DNA from: a virus
Lineage: Duplodnaviria; Caudoviricetes
Length of the DNA: 50,252 nucleotides
Direction: 5' to 3' (one strand)
Virus record (IMG/VR): IMGVR_UViG_3300033049_000162
Coordinates: 1 to 50,252 of that record
Below the pieces are notes generated by a model that saw nothing but the letters and a program-made list of their open reading frames with translations, had not been told where the DNA came from and made no database searches. The position numbers and the translations under genes are program-made. Shown one piece after another: positions 8,888 to 16,480 of this stretch; position 1 is the first letter of the stretch; each line of letters starts with the position of its first letter.

Positions 8888-9543
8888 AACTATTCCGTGC
8901 CTCAAGCCTTCACAAGCTAATCGGTGAACCTAAAAAGAAAGGTGAAAGCCTTTCTGATACGGCTAAAACTGAAATCCGTTCAATTGTTAAAGAGGATTTA
9001 TTCACTTTTAAGTCGTTCACAGGCAACCAGTACACCCAAAAAGGCAATCAACTTGAAGAAATGGCAATTGAGTTGTCAGGAAAGATGCGATTTCGTGCTT
9101 ATCAAAAACATGTTGGTCGAGTTGAAAATGACTTAATCACTGGTGAGTGTGATGTGCTTGATCTTAAAAATAAATTGATCATAGACGCAAAATGCTCTTG
9201 GGATATTGGTACTCACCCATTCTTTCAAGATGAAGCTCAAGACAAAGTTAACAAAGCTGGTTATGACATTCAGATGCAGGCTTATATGTGGCTTTACGAG
9301 TGTGAGCGTGCAGAGATTGATTTCTGGTTATTCCCCTGCCCTGAAGAGTTATTGAAGCCTTACGAGGATCAAGAACAATTAATAAATTTGGTTGCTGAAA
9401 TTGATATTCGTGAACGCTTAACAACTGTAGTCATTGAACGTGATGAATCAATCATTCAGAAGATTAAAAACAAGATTCCCCTCTGCCAAGCCTATTACGA
9501 AAAGCTTTATGCAGAACGCAAACGAGGGAGATTAGTAGCATGA
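8884..9543 (+). CDS. YqaJ/lambda-exo-like PD-(D/E)xK exonuclease
   Basis: GNQLE, ITGECD, IIDAKCSW, QMQAYMWL motifs; SD GGAGG before ATG 8884. Confidence 0.8.
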   Translation: MKLFRASSLHKLIGEPKKKGESLSDTAKTEIRSIVKEDLFTFKSFTGNQYTQKGNQLEEMAIELSGKMRFRAYQKHVGRVENDLITGECDVLDLKNKLIIDAKCSWDIGTHPFFQDEAQDKVNKAGYDIQMQAYMWLYECERAEIDFWLFPCPEELLKPYEDQEQLINLVAEIDIRERLTTVVIERDESIIQKIKNKIPLCQAYYEKLYAERKRGRLVA

Positions 9544-9580
9544 CCCTCCTAAAACTTTGGCAAATGGCGTGGTGGTTGTG

Positions 9581-9928
9581 ATGGAAACTGTAACTTTAAT
9601 TTTTGAAGGTTATTCAGACGACACCTTTGGTGAAACTAATCATTTTAATGATGATTATGATAATTGTGCCAATGGAAAGCCGATTGAATACCTCGTGAAA
9701 TCTGGTGATATGGCTATTGTGGTTACAGGTCAACACTGCCCAAACAATAGTGGTACATGGATGATTGGTGTAGCCAACCATGATCCAAATTATGAAGATT
9801 GTGATTTCCCAAAATGGCCAATGAAACTTGAACCTCAAGATTACAGAAATGGCTTTCAACCTCGTTTAATTATAGAAGCCCCTAGCGATGTGGAAATTAA
9901 ATGCTTTCAACGAGATGAGGTGGCGTGA
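9581..9928 (+). CDS. Hypothetical early protein
   Basis: FEGYSDDTFGE N-terminus; operon context. Confidence 0.7.
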   Translation: METVTLIFEGYSDDTFGETNHFNDDYDNCANGKPIEYLVKSGDMAIVVTGQHCPNNSGTWMIGVANHDPNYEDCDFPKWPMKLEPQDYRNGFQPRLIIEAPSDVEIKCFQRDEVA

Positions 9929-10191
9929 TGGAAATTAAAAGCTTAAATCTTGACGGCTCTGTTGATGAAATTGCAGAGCAATTATTCAAGCAAATGATTG
10001 GACCTATCTTTGATCACTTAGCCAAAACAGATCCAGAGTTGGCAGTTGAATTTGGTTATTGCATTGCTGGTAATGGGATCGCTTGTTATATGAACAGTCT
10101 TGAGGATGTAACTAAAGCTGAAAAATTAATTATTGATTCTACTAAATCAATGGCGGCAGATATTAAGCGCCATAGAAATAAAGTTTGTTGA
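9925..10191 (+). CDS. Hypothetical early protein (88 aa)
   Basis: SD GAGGT; flanked by 15-bp direct repeats. Confidence 0.75.
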   Translation: MMEIKSLNLDGSVDEIAEQLFKQMIGPIFDHLAKTDPELAVEFGYCIAGNGIACYMNSLEDVTKAEKLIIDSTKSMAADIKRHRNKVC

Positions 10192-10200
10192 GGTGGCGTG

Positions 10201-10911
10201 ATGATTAATATAGAAGAAGAACGCAAAGCATTTGAAATTGAGTGGATTAAATTAGGTGGGGATTTTAAAAGCTTCTCCATTATTGACAACATGTATGTAT
10301 TAATCCCAAGCATGGCAAGTGCTGATGATGTAATTAAAGAGCTTGCAGAAAGAGCAGTGAATTCAGCATTTGCACTTTGGTTGATTCAGTCAAGACAAAA
10401 GCAAGTAGTAATTGATGATTTGAATATCCAGTTGAAGGATGCCAAAGCCACCCCTGAAGGGTTTGTTTTGGTGCCAAAACTCTCAGCCAATTACTTGTTT
10501 AATCAAGTGCCTGAACTGGGCTTTAAACATCAAGATGAAAAAGACACTGTGCTCTATCATTTAAACTACATGGCTTCTGAATTTAAAGAATCTGCTAAGA
10601 ACTTTGTTGTTCTTGATCATGAAAAACAGAAGCGTTTTATTGAGGAAAGTGGTCTAAATCCATATCGCACAGACTTTCAAATTATTGAACAAACTTTAGA
10701 ACTAGTAGATCTTTTAGCATCATCAACAAATGTTTTTCAGCGTGACCCAGAAAGTAAAGTTTATCCTTTTGAATCTAAAAATCCACGTGTAATCGAATGG
10801 TGGCGCACAGCTTGTCAAATCCAAGAATTGCTTACTAATACTGATCCTGAAAATTGCGATTTTGAAAAATATAAAACAATGATCGAAGCACAGGAGCAAA
10901 GTCATGACTAA
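10201..10911 (+). CDS. Mosaic hypothetical early protein
   Basis: IEEERKAFE start, PEGFVLVP linker and YKTMIEA end typical of modular phage early proteins. Confidence 0.75.
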   Translation: MINIEEERKAFEIEWIKLGGDFKSFSIIDNMYVLIPSMASADDVIKELAERAVNSAFALWLIQSRQKQVVIDDLNIQLKDAKATPEGFVLVPKLSANYLFNQVPELGFKHQDEKDTVLYHLNYMASEFKESAKNFVVLDHEKQKRFIEESGLNPYRTDFQIIEQTLELVDLLASSTNVFQRDPESKVYPFESKNPRVIEWWRTACQIQELLTNTDPENCDFEKYKTMIEAQEQSHD

Positions 10912-11149
10912 GAAATGCGTGAACAATGGCAACTGGTTAAATATGTGTGAATCTTTAAAAGAAGTAACTACCCATCATTATGGTGATATTGAAGCTAACG
11001 TCATGACAACCTCTGATCGAAAATCCTCACGTCTTGAAATTGTCGCAGGTCGATTTAAGAAAAATCGTGTTGCTTTGAATTATTGCCCTTTCTGTGGTGT
11101 GAATATCGTGACAGAACACAAGGAGCCTGATCATGACAATTCAAACTGA
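10904..11149 (+). CDS. Small Zn-binding protein (YCPFCG)
   Basis: CPFCG motif; SD AGGAG. Confidence 0.7.
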   Translation: MTKKCVNNGNWLNMCESLKEVTTHHYGDIEANVMTTSDRKSSRLEIVAGRFKKNRVALNYCPFCGVNIVTEHKEPDHDNSN

Positions 11150-11342
11150 AGAAATCCTTGAAACGGCTCATGAAATTGCAGATCAGTTAGCACCCTTTGT
11201 AATTAGTGGTGATGAAACAACTTTGAAATTAAGCAAAAAGCAAGTTGATGATTTATACCACATTGTTGTGAATTTCATCGTAATCAATGAAGTGAATGAT
11301 TTACCTAGTGAAGTGGTTAAGAGTTTGGGAGAAATTGCATGA
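11133..11342 (+). CDS. Hypothetical early protein
   Basis: SD AGGAG; overlaps neighbours. Confidence 0.7.
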   Translation: MTIQTEEILETAHEIADQLAPFVISGDETTLKLSKKQVDDLYHIVVNFIVINEVNDLPSEVVKSLGEIA

Positions 11343-11935
11343 CCAATCAATATTCCCTAACTTGCCCTACTTGCAAAATTGAAAGACAAGTAACTAAAGA
11401 TAATTATAACTTCCACATCAGAACCAAAAGTTCAGGGCAATGTAGACCATGCCGAATCAAAGAGTTCAATTCAAGGAGTGAAAATAAAAGGGGTTATGTT
11501 AATGGCATTCCAGCCAAAAAACATCCTTATTACCACGTATGGAGAAACATGATTCGTCGGTGTTACGATCCAAAGGTTAGAAGCTACAAAGACTATGGTG
11601 GAAGAGGAATTACAATTTGCGAAGAGTGGATGGATTCAAAAGGATTTTTAACTTGGGTTGACTCTTATGGTGATATTGAGAATGGTTATGAACTTGATAG
11701 GATTAATAATGATGGAAATTATGAGCCAAGTAATTGTCGATTTATTGCAAGATCTGAAAATTGCCAGAACCGGAGATCTACTAAATTAAACTGGAAAAAG
11801 GTGCGAGAAATAAGAGATAAATTCAGAGCTAAATTGTCTATCTCTGCTATAGCAACAGAGTACTGTGTTTCAGCTTCAACTATCAGCTCAATAATTAATT
11901 ATAGAATTTGGAAAGAAGAAAAGGAGGAAGGTTGA
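11339..11935 (+). CDS. HNH-type (homing-like) endonuclease with N-terminal Zn ribbon and C-terminal HTH
   Basis: CPTC/CRPC; W.NM.RRCY...YGGRGITIC.EW; LDRINNDGNYEPSNCRF; IATEYCVSASTISSII. Confidence 0.8.
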   Translation: MTNQYSLTCPTCKIERQVTKDNYNFHIRTKSSGQCRPCRIKEFNSRSENKRGYVNGIPAKKHPYYHVWRNMIRRCYDPKVRSYKDYGGRGITICEEWMDSKGFLTWVDSYGDIENGYELDRINNDGNYEPSNCRFIARSENCQNRRSTKLNWKKVREIRDKFRAKLSISAIATEYCVSASTISSIINYRIWKEEKEEG

Positions 11936-12570
11936 TGGAAGAACTGCCACACGTGATTATTCACAAGACTACGGAATACCCTACTGGCTTAAAATCAGCT
12001 AATGAAATTGCTGGACCTGATACATTGCCTTTGGAAAAACTTATTGCTTATGCTGAATCAGGGTATTTACCACATTATAGAATTGATGGTGGGGATTATC
12101 TATTTAAGGTTTCGGAAGTTAAAAGTTGGATTTCTAAAAACCTTATGGTTCGTTGCAATGGTGCTGATTTACCATTTAATTTAAAAATCACAGTGCCAGC
12201 AGAACAAATTACAGAACAAGCGCCATTTAGTATATGTAATTTGAAAGGGTTACAGCAGGTTCCCAAATACGGTTTTAACTCTGGTGTCTACTTCTTATGT
12301 TGGGGTACCGAGGTTGTATATGTTGGACAAAGCACAAATCCATCAGCACGCATTGCAAGCCATGTGTCTGAAGCTAAAAAAATATTTGATCGAGTGTATT
12401 TGTTACCAGTGCCAGAACACGATTTAAATAATGTTGAGGGTGCATTTATTGATGCACTTAAACCAAAATATCAAGGCGGTATGCGTTCTGGTAAAGGTAA
12501 GCCACTTTTACCACCAATGACACGTACCACCAAAGAGACTTTTGCAATTTATGAAATGGAGGTGAGATAA
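11935..12570 (+). CDS. Xis-like winged-helix + GIY-YIG nuclease fusion
   Basis: GYLPHYRIDGGDYLFKVSEV wing; GVYFL...VVYVGQS...RIASH...E motif; SD GGAGG. Confidence 0.72.
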   Translation: MEELPHVIIHKTTEYPTGLKSANEIAGPDTLPLEKLIAYAESGYLPHYRIDGGDYLFKVSEVKSWISKNLMVRCNGADLPFNLKITVPAEQITEQAPFSICNLKGLQQVPKYGFNSGVYFLCWGTEVVYVGQSTNPSARIASHVSEAKKIFDRVYLLPVPEHDLNNVEGAFIDALKPKYQGGMRSGKGKPLLPPMTRTTKETFAIYEMEVR

Positions 12571-12743
12571 TGAAATGGTACTCTATGACACAGGTTGCCA
12601 GTGAATTAGGTGTATGTCTAAATACTTTCAAAAAATACTATTTAGAGAAATATCCACCAGATCAGGAATTTGGAGTTCAAAAAAAATATACTGCATCAAC
12701 CGTGGTACGAATGAAAAAAGAAATATTAAAGGAAGGCGCTTAA
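12570..12743 (+). CDS. xis: Excisionase / recombination directionality factor (57 aa, not in ORF track)
   Basis: MKWYSMTQVASELGVCLNTFKKYY HTH; last PL gene, convergent with int. Confidence 0.7.
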   Translation: MKWYSMTQVASELGVCLNTFKKYYLEKYPPDQEFGVQKKYTASTVVRMKKEILKEGA

Positions 12744-13885
12744 TTAGCGCCTTTCATCCATTTATCAACTTGTTCAGAATACCACTTCATCAACTCTACC
12801 CTTTCATCCCAATATTCAGCTCTGTTGTAAATACCGCGAATACGATCTTTAGGAACGTGAGCAATTTGATATTCAATTACATCAGGCCTGAATAGTTTTG
12901 AGTTATTGGTGTGGGTTGAGAATAAAGAGCGAAATCCATGTGTTACCATCTGACCAGCATAACCATTTCGCTTAATAATTGCTAGAATACTTTCAGAACG
13001 AACATGCTCACCATGATTGCGAGTGTGCTTAAAAATATATCCATTATCTGTCTTATGATCATATAGCTCTTTAAATAGCGAGTAAGTTTGATCAGTCAAA
13101 GGTACAACATGATCTCTACGCATTTTCATACGAGATGCTGGAATCACCCACTGTCTATTTTCTAAATCGATTTCGCCACTATCCCAACGGGATTGAAGTA
13201 ACTCAGAAATACGAACGGCTGTGTAACATGCGAGCTTAAGTGCGTGTAACAGTTCTGGTGTAACATTGCTTTGTGTTACACGCTTCCAAAATTCAGGCAT
13301 TTGCTCTGCATCAAGACTCGGCATATTACGAACGGTTTGCTGTGGGATGACATCAGAAATCAAAGTACATGGATTTTTTTGGGTATAGTCTGAAGCAATA
13401 GCAAAGTTAAAGATTTCATTTAGTAATCGAAGTGAGCGTTTAGCAGTTTCAAGTGTTCCCTTATTCACGATTTCTTTTACTTTTTTTACAATCGTTTTTC
13501 TTTCGACCTCATCAATTGGTTGATTCGAGAAATCTTCCGTAATGTAATTCAAGCGATAGATCACTGTATCTACATACTTTTTGCTCGACCATCTAGGCGT
13601 CATGAGTTTAAGCCACTCATCAATGACAGCTTTGACAGGTGGCGAGTCTAAGGTTTTGCCTTGAGCTTCTGATTTAAATTGTCTTGCCAGTTGCCGAGCA
13701 TCCTTACATCCGAGATCAGGATATTCACCGAGACTTTTTCTTGTTTGTTTACCATTTACTCGATAGGAAACAATCCATTTTTTCTTACCTGTTGGTGACA
13801 CATCAATAGATAAGCCCTCACCATCAGCAAGAGAATATCGTTGTTCTTTTGGTTTTAGACTTTTTACTTGTGAATCTGAAAGCAT
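12740..13885 (-). CDS. int: Tyrosine integrase, P4 family
   Basis: LSDSQVKSLKP...DGEGL arm domain; catalytic R (VRISE), K (RMK), HGFR, QIAH, Y (IYNR). Confidence 0.96.
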   Translation of the reverse strand: MLSDSQVKSLKPKEQRYSLADGEGLSIDVSPTGKKKWIVSYRVNGKQTRKSLGEYPDLGCKDARQLARQFKSEAQGKTLDSPPVKAVIDEWLKLMTPRWSSKKYVDTVIYRLNYITEDFSNQPIDEVERKTIVKKVKEIVNKGTLETAKRSLRLLNEIFNFAIASDYTQKNPCTLISDVIPQQTVRNMPSLDAEQMPEFWKRVTQSNVTPELLHALKLACYTAVRISELLQSRWDSGEIDLENRQWVIPASRMKMRRDHVVPLTDQTYSLFKELYDHKTDNGYIFKHTRNHGEHVRSESILAIIKRNGYAGQMVTHGFRSLFSTHTNNSKLFRPDVIEYQIAHVPKDRIRGIYNRAEYWDERVELMKWYSEQVDKWMKGAN

Positions 13886-13893
13886 GTATCACC

Positions 13894-13976
13894 TGTTACA
13901 CGTGTGTCACTCCTGTGTAACATCATATCGTGATAGTGCATTATTCTCAAATGATGTTAGTGATAGAGTGTGATAG
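13894..13976. promoter_or_regulatory. att-arm region of prophage 1 (putative Int arm and Xis sites)
   Basis: TGTTACAC 13894 / GTGTAACA 13915 inverted pair plus TGTGTCAC; GTGATAG at 13930, 13960, 13970 in 10-bp phase. Confidence 0.55.
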
Positions 13977-13990
13977 TAATTTAGGCATTA

Positions 13991-14024
13991 AAAAAGCCCT
14001 GAAACTGTTAAATTTCAAGGCTTT
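13991..14024 (-). terminator. Terminator downstream of the tmRNA 3' fragment
   Basis: AAAAGCCCTGAAA...TTTCAAGGCTTTT hairpin with A/T tracts. Confidence 0.65.
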
Positions 14025-14078
14025 ATTAAGTTTCATGATACATCGTATAACTAAGTGACAGATCATGATTTACAAATT

Positions 14079-14105
14079 TGGTGGAGATGGCGGGAGTTGA
14101 ACCCG
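14079..14105 (-). other. ssrA: att core: duplicated 3' end of tmRNA joining the two prophages
   Basis: Minus strand CGGGTTCAACTCCCGCCATCTCCACCA = T-arm, acceptor 3' strand and CCA of tmRNA; no 5' part present; next to an integrase. Confidence 0.85.
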
Positions 14106-14204
14106 ATCACATAAAACTCAATGAATAGCAATCCAATTACAAGCTATATAATTCAATGCTTTAGTCAATCCGTTTTTGATATTTTATCATTGCCATATAA
14201 AAGA

Positions 14205-14224
14205 TTACGTCAAAAATTACGTCA
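14205..14224. repeat. Tandem ATTACGTCA repeat, putative Int arm sites of prophage 2
   Basis: ATTACGTCA twice, about 100 bp inside the att core. Confidence 0.45.
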
Positions 14225-14792
14225 GAGCTTTAGATGAAGAATTATTATAAATTTGGTGAATTGCTTGAAATTAATTGATGAACTTTTGATAAAAACTTAA
14301 CTCAGGGAAATCAATCAAAACCCATGCATAACTTTTTGGAATATTATGGTGTTTTTTAATACAAATTTCAGAAGAAAATCTTTAAAAAATAGTTTTTAAA
14401 CCTAATTTTGAACAAAAAACAACCAATCAAATTGAGCTTTAAAAAAAAATTCTTTAAACAATTACAATAAATTCATAATGTTAAATAAAAAAAATGATTC
14501 ATACATATTTCTCATTAGTCAAAATGTTATTCAATATGTTATGCGATTGAGCTATACTCAGCTTTGTAATGAAAAAAACCACCGAATGTTCGGTGGCCTT
14601 TATTTTACTTTAGCAAGTAAAGCAATTTAATTTTTCTTGTCAGAAAATGGGTCTCAAACTAAATTCTGCAAGAAGTAACGATTAATTTAGATTAGTTGTT
14701 TTGATGCATCTTGTCAAGACTTCGAGCCTTTGTGCTTTTTTTTGCGAAAAGTGAATAGAGCATTACTCCCCCTAAATGTATAAGGAGTAATT

Positions 14793-14969
14793 ATGCGTTC
14801 AAAGCATTTAAACTATTTATTTGTGGTTGTAGTTTTAACACTAAAGTCTAGTCTTATTCACGCTCCTAATTTAGAGCAAAGACGAGCAATTAATCCACAA
14901 CTAAACACCGGCAATATAAATCTAAACTTTTCTTTTGTTAATTATATTAACAAAGAAAAAGAAACTTAA
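14793..14969 (+). CDS. 58-aa moron ORF with hydrophobic N-terminus (not in ORF track)
   Basis: SD AAGGAG; MRSKHLNYLFVVVVLTLKSSLIHAPN...; ends at a 15-bp hairpin. Confidence 0.5.
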   Translation: MRSKHLNYLFVVVVLTLKSSLIHAPNLEQRRAINPQLNTGNINLNFSFVNYINKEKET

Positions 14970-14972
14970 TTA

Positions 14973-15008
14973 AAGAGTAAAGCCCTTTCAAATAAGGGCT
15001 TTACTCTT
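14973..15008. terminator. Hairpin between the convergent moron and Rz1 (probable bidirectional terminator)
   Basis: AAGAGTAAAGCCCTT / AAGGGCTTTACTCTT perfect 15-bp stem. Confidence 0.65.
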
Positions 15009-15230
15009 CGCATCATTCAAAGCTCGACACTCATTGTATTTTGCAACAGTATCAATGATCCAAAGTGTGATTTCTTTGCCCTGCCCTGACTCAAGTTTTA
15101 AGAGTTTGGGGCAAGGTACGATCAGATTAGCTGGAATCGTCGGAGATAAGTGAGTTGATGTGCTGCAACCCTGTATCATCAATACAAACGTTGTTATAAA
15201 CAGGACGCTCAATGATCTTTTGCACTTCAC
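14988..15230 (-). CDS. Rz1: o-spanin (Rz1-like lipoprotein)
   Basis: Lipobox VLMIQGC, Pro-rich mature part; overlaps the i-spanin in another frame; start estimated at GTG 15230. Confidence 0.8.
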   Translation of the reverse strand: MKCKRSLSVLFITTFVLMIQGCSTSTHLSPTIPANLIVPCPKLLKLESGQGKEITLWIIDTVAKYNECRALNDAKSKALI

Positions 15231-15495
15231 GTGTAACTGTTTCGACTTTGACACGTTGCTCTGATTTAAGTTGCTCATAATCTACGCTCACTTTGTTTAT
15301 TTTGTTTTGTTTTTCGATCAATGCCTTTTGCTGATCATCTTTAAGTTTTTGGACTTTAGCTGTGCATTTCTGTTCAGCTTCTTGTAGTTTTCCACTCAAA
15401 CGATTGGTATAGGTGATTTGCACCAGATATAAAAAAATAAAGACCGCGACTGCGATCCATTTTTTATACTTCCACAAGATTATGGCTATTGGCAT
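15127..15495 (-). CDS. Rz: i-spanin (Rz-like)
   Basis: N-terminal TM, coiled coil, ERPVYNNVCID; follows the endolysin. Confidence 0.85.
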   Translation of the reverse strand: MPIAIILWKYKKWIAVAVFIFLYLVQITYTNRLSGKLQEAEQKCTAKVQKLKDDQQKALIEKQNKINKVSVDYEQLKSEQRVKVETVTREVQKIIERPVYNNVCIDDTGLQHINSLISDDSS

Positions 15496-16001
15496 TACTG
15501 CACCCCCATACATTTATTGTATCTGTCTAATTGTCTGGTCCAAACGCCATAACAACCATTTGAACGTATTGAGCAATCACGCTTTGCAACGTATTTGTAT
15601 TTAAGAAGTGATGCGCATGCTTGCTTATATTGCCCTGCTTTGAGATTACGAAGCATTGATGAGCCATTCCAATTTGCTTGACCATAGTTGTATACAAAGT
15701 CCAAATACACATCATATTCAGTCTGAGTGAGCTTAACGCCCTGCAATGACTTACGGAAAGCAACCTCATCTTTAGCGATATGAGCCTTTGCAATTTGAAC
15801 AGCACGTTCTTTATTGATTGGCTTATCAGTCATTTTGACTTTTGTGCCGTTTTCATATGATGTGGACCCAATTCCGATTGTCGGTACTTTTGCACTGTCT
15901 AAATAAGGCTTTGGCTCATAGCCTTCATACTTAATTAAAGATGTAAAAAAAGCAGCACCAGCTGCTAGACCCACCACAATATATTTAGTCTTGTTTGACA
16001 T
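15495..16001 (-). CDS. Endolysin, GH24 lysozyme, probable SAR anchor
   Basis: EG-x-PYLD-x5-T catalytic triad; Gly/Ala-rich hydrophobic N-terminus. Confidence 0.92.
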   Translation of the reverse strand: MSNKTKYIVVGLAAGAAFFTSLIKYEGYEPKPYLDSAKVPTIGIGSTSYENGTKVKMTDKPINKERAVQIAKAHIAKDEVAFRKSLQGVKLTQTEYDVYLDFVYNYGQANWNGSSMLRNLKAGQYKQACASLLKYKYVAKRDCSIRSNGCYGVWTRQLDRYNKCMGVQ

Positions 16002-16242
16002 TACATTTATCCTTTAAGCTTTCCAAATATGCTTTATGTTCAAGTTCGTCACGCTTATCTTTCTTACGCGCGTAATACCAGTTCATGATTAAGCCTGCAA
16101 TCGCAATCAAAATACTGAACCAAAATGCTATATCCAATGAAGCGAACCAAGCCAAAGCACCGCCTGCGCTACCTCCATATGTAATAACTTTGCCAGCCAC
16201 AACACCTGTCGAAGCTTCTACAATTTGTTGATTATCTGCCAT
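15985..16242 (-). CDS. Holin (two TM segments)
   Basis: Two hydrophobic segments, charged C-terminus, upstream of the lysin. Confidence 0.82.
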   Translation of the reverse strand: MADNQQIVEASTGVVAGKVITYGGSAGGALAWFASLDIAFWFSILIAIAGLIMNWYYARKKDKRDELEHKAYLESLKDKCNVKQD

Positions 16243-16288
16243 TGATACCCCCGATATTTGGCAATAAAAAAAGCACCCGAAGGTGCTT

Positions 16289-16480
16289 TCAATTCAAATA
16301 ATATTGGTTTTCTACTAGCTCTTGATTTTTGACGAGATAACGCAGTTGCTCTATCTGATCATCTATTTGTAATACATCTTGACCTGGATCAAGATGTATT
16401 CTTTGCTTTAAAAATTCAGGGCATTCAACAACATTCAGAACGACACCTGTTTCAATACAATAAACTGCAAAATATGCCAT
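16289..16480 (-). CDS. Small protein after gpJ (possible tail-tip accessory or chaperone)
   Basis: Coupled to the gpJ stop; followed by terminator AGCACC-cgaa-GGTGCT-type hairpin. Confidence 0.65.
   Translation of the reverse strand: MAYFAVYCIETGVVLNVVECPEFLKQRIHLDPGQDVLQIDDQIEQLRYLVKNQELVENQYYLN

Larger units (their letters stand above)
1..14105. mobile_element. Prophage 1 (lambdoid; early and integration half, truncated at window start)
   Basis: dnaB-rep-cII-cro-cI-recombination-xis-int gene order ending at a tmRNA 3'-end duplication. Confidence 0.92.

Noticed and set aside
12614-12895. 93-aa plus-strand ORF
   Set aside because: Overlaps both the better 57-aa xis frame and the int 3' end; no motifs
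14079-14105. Functional tRNA or tmRNA gene
   Set aside because: Only the 3' 27 nt are present; no 5' half or tag ORF
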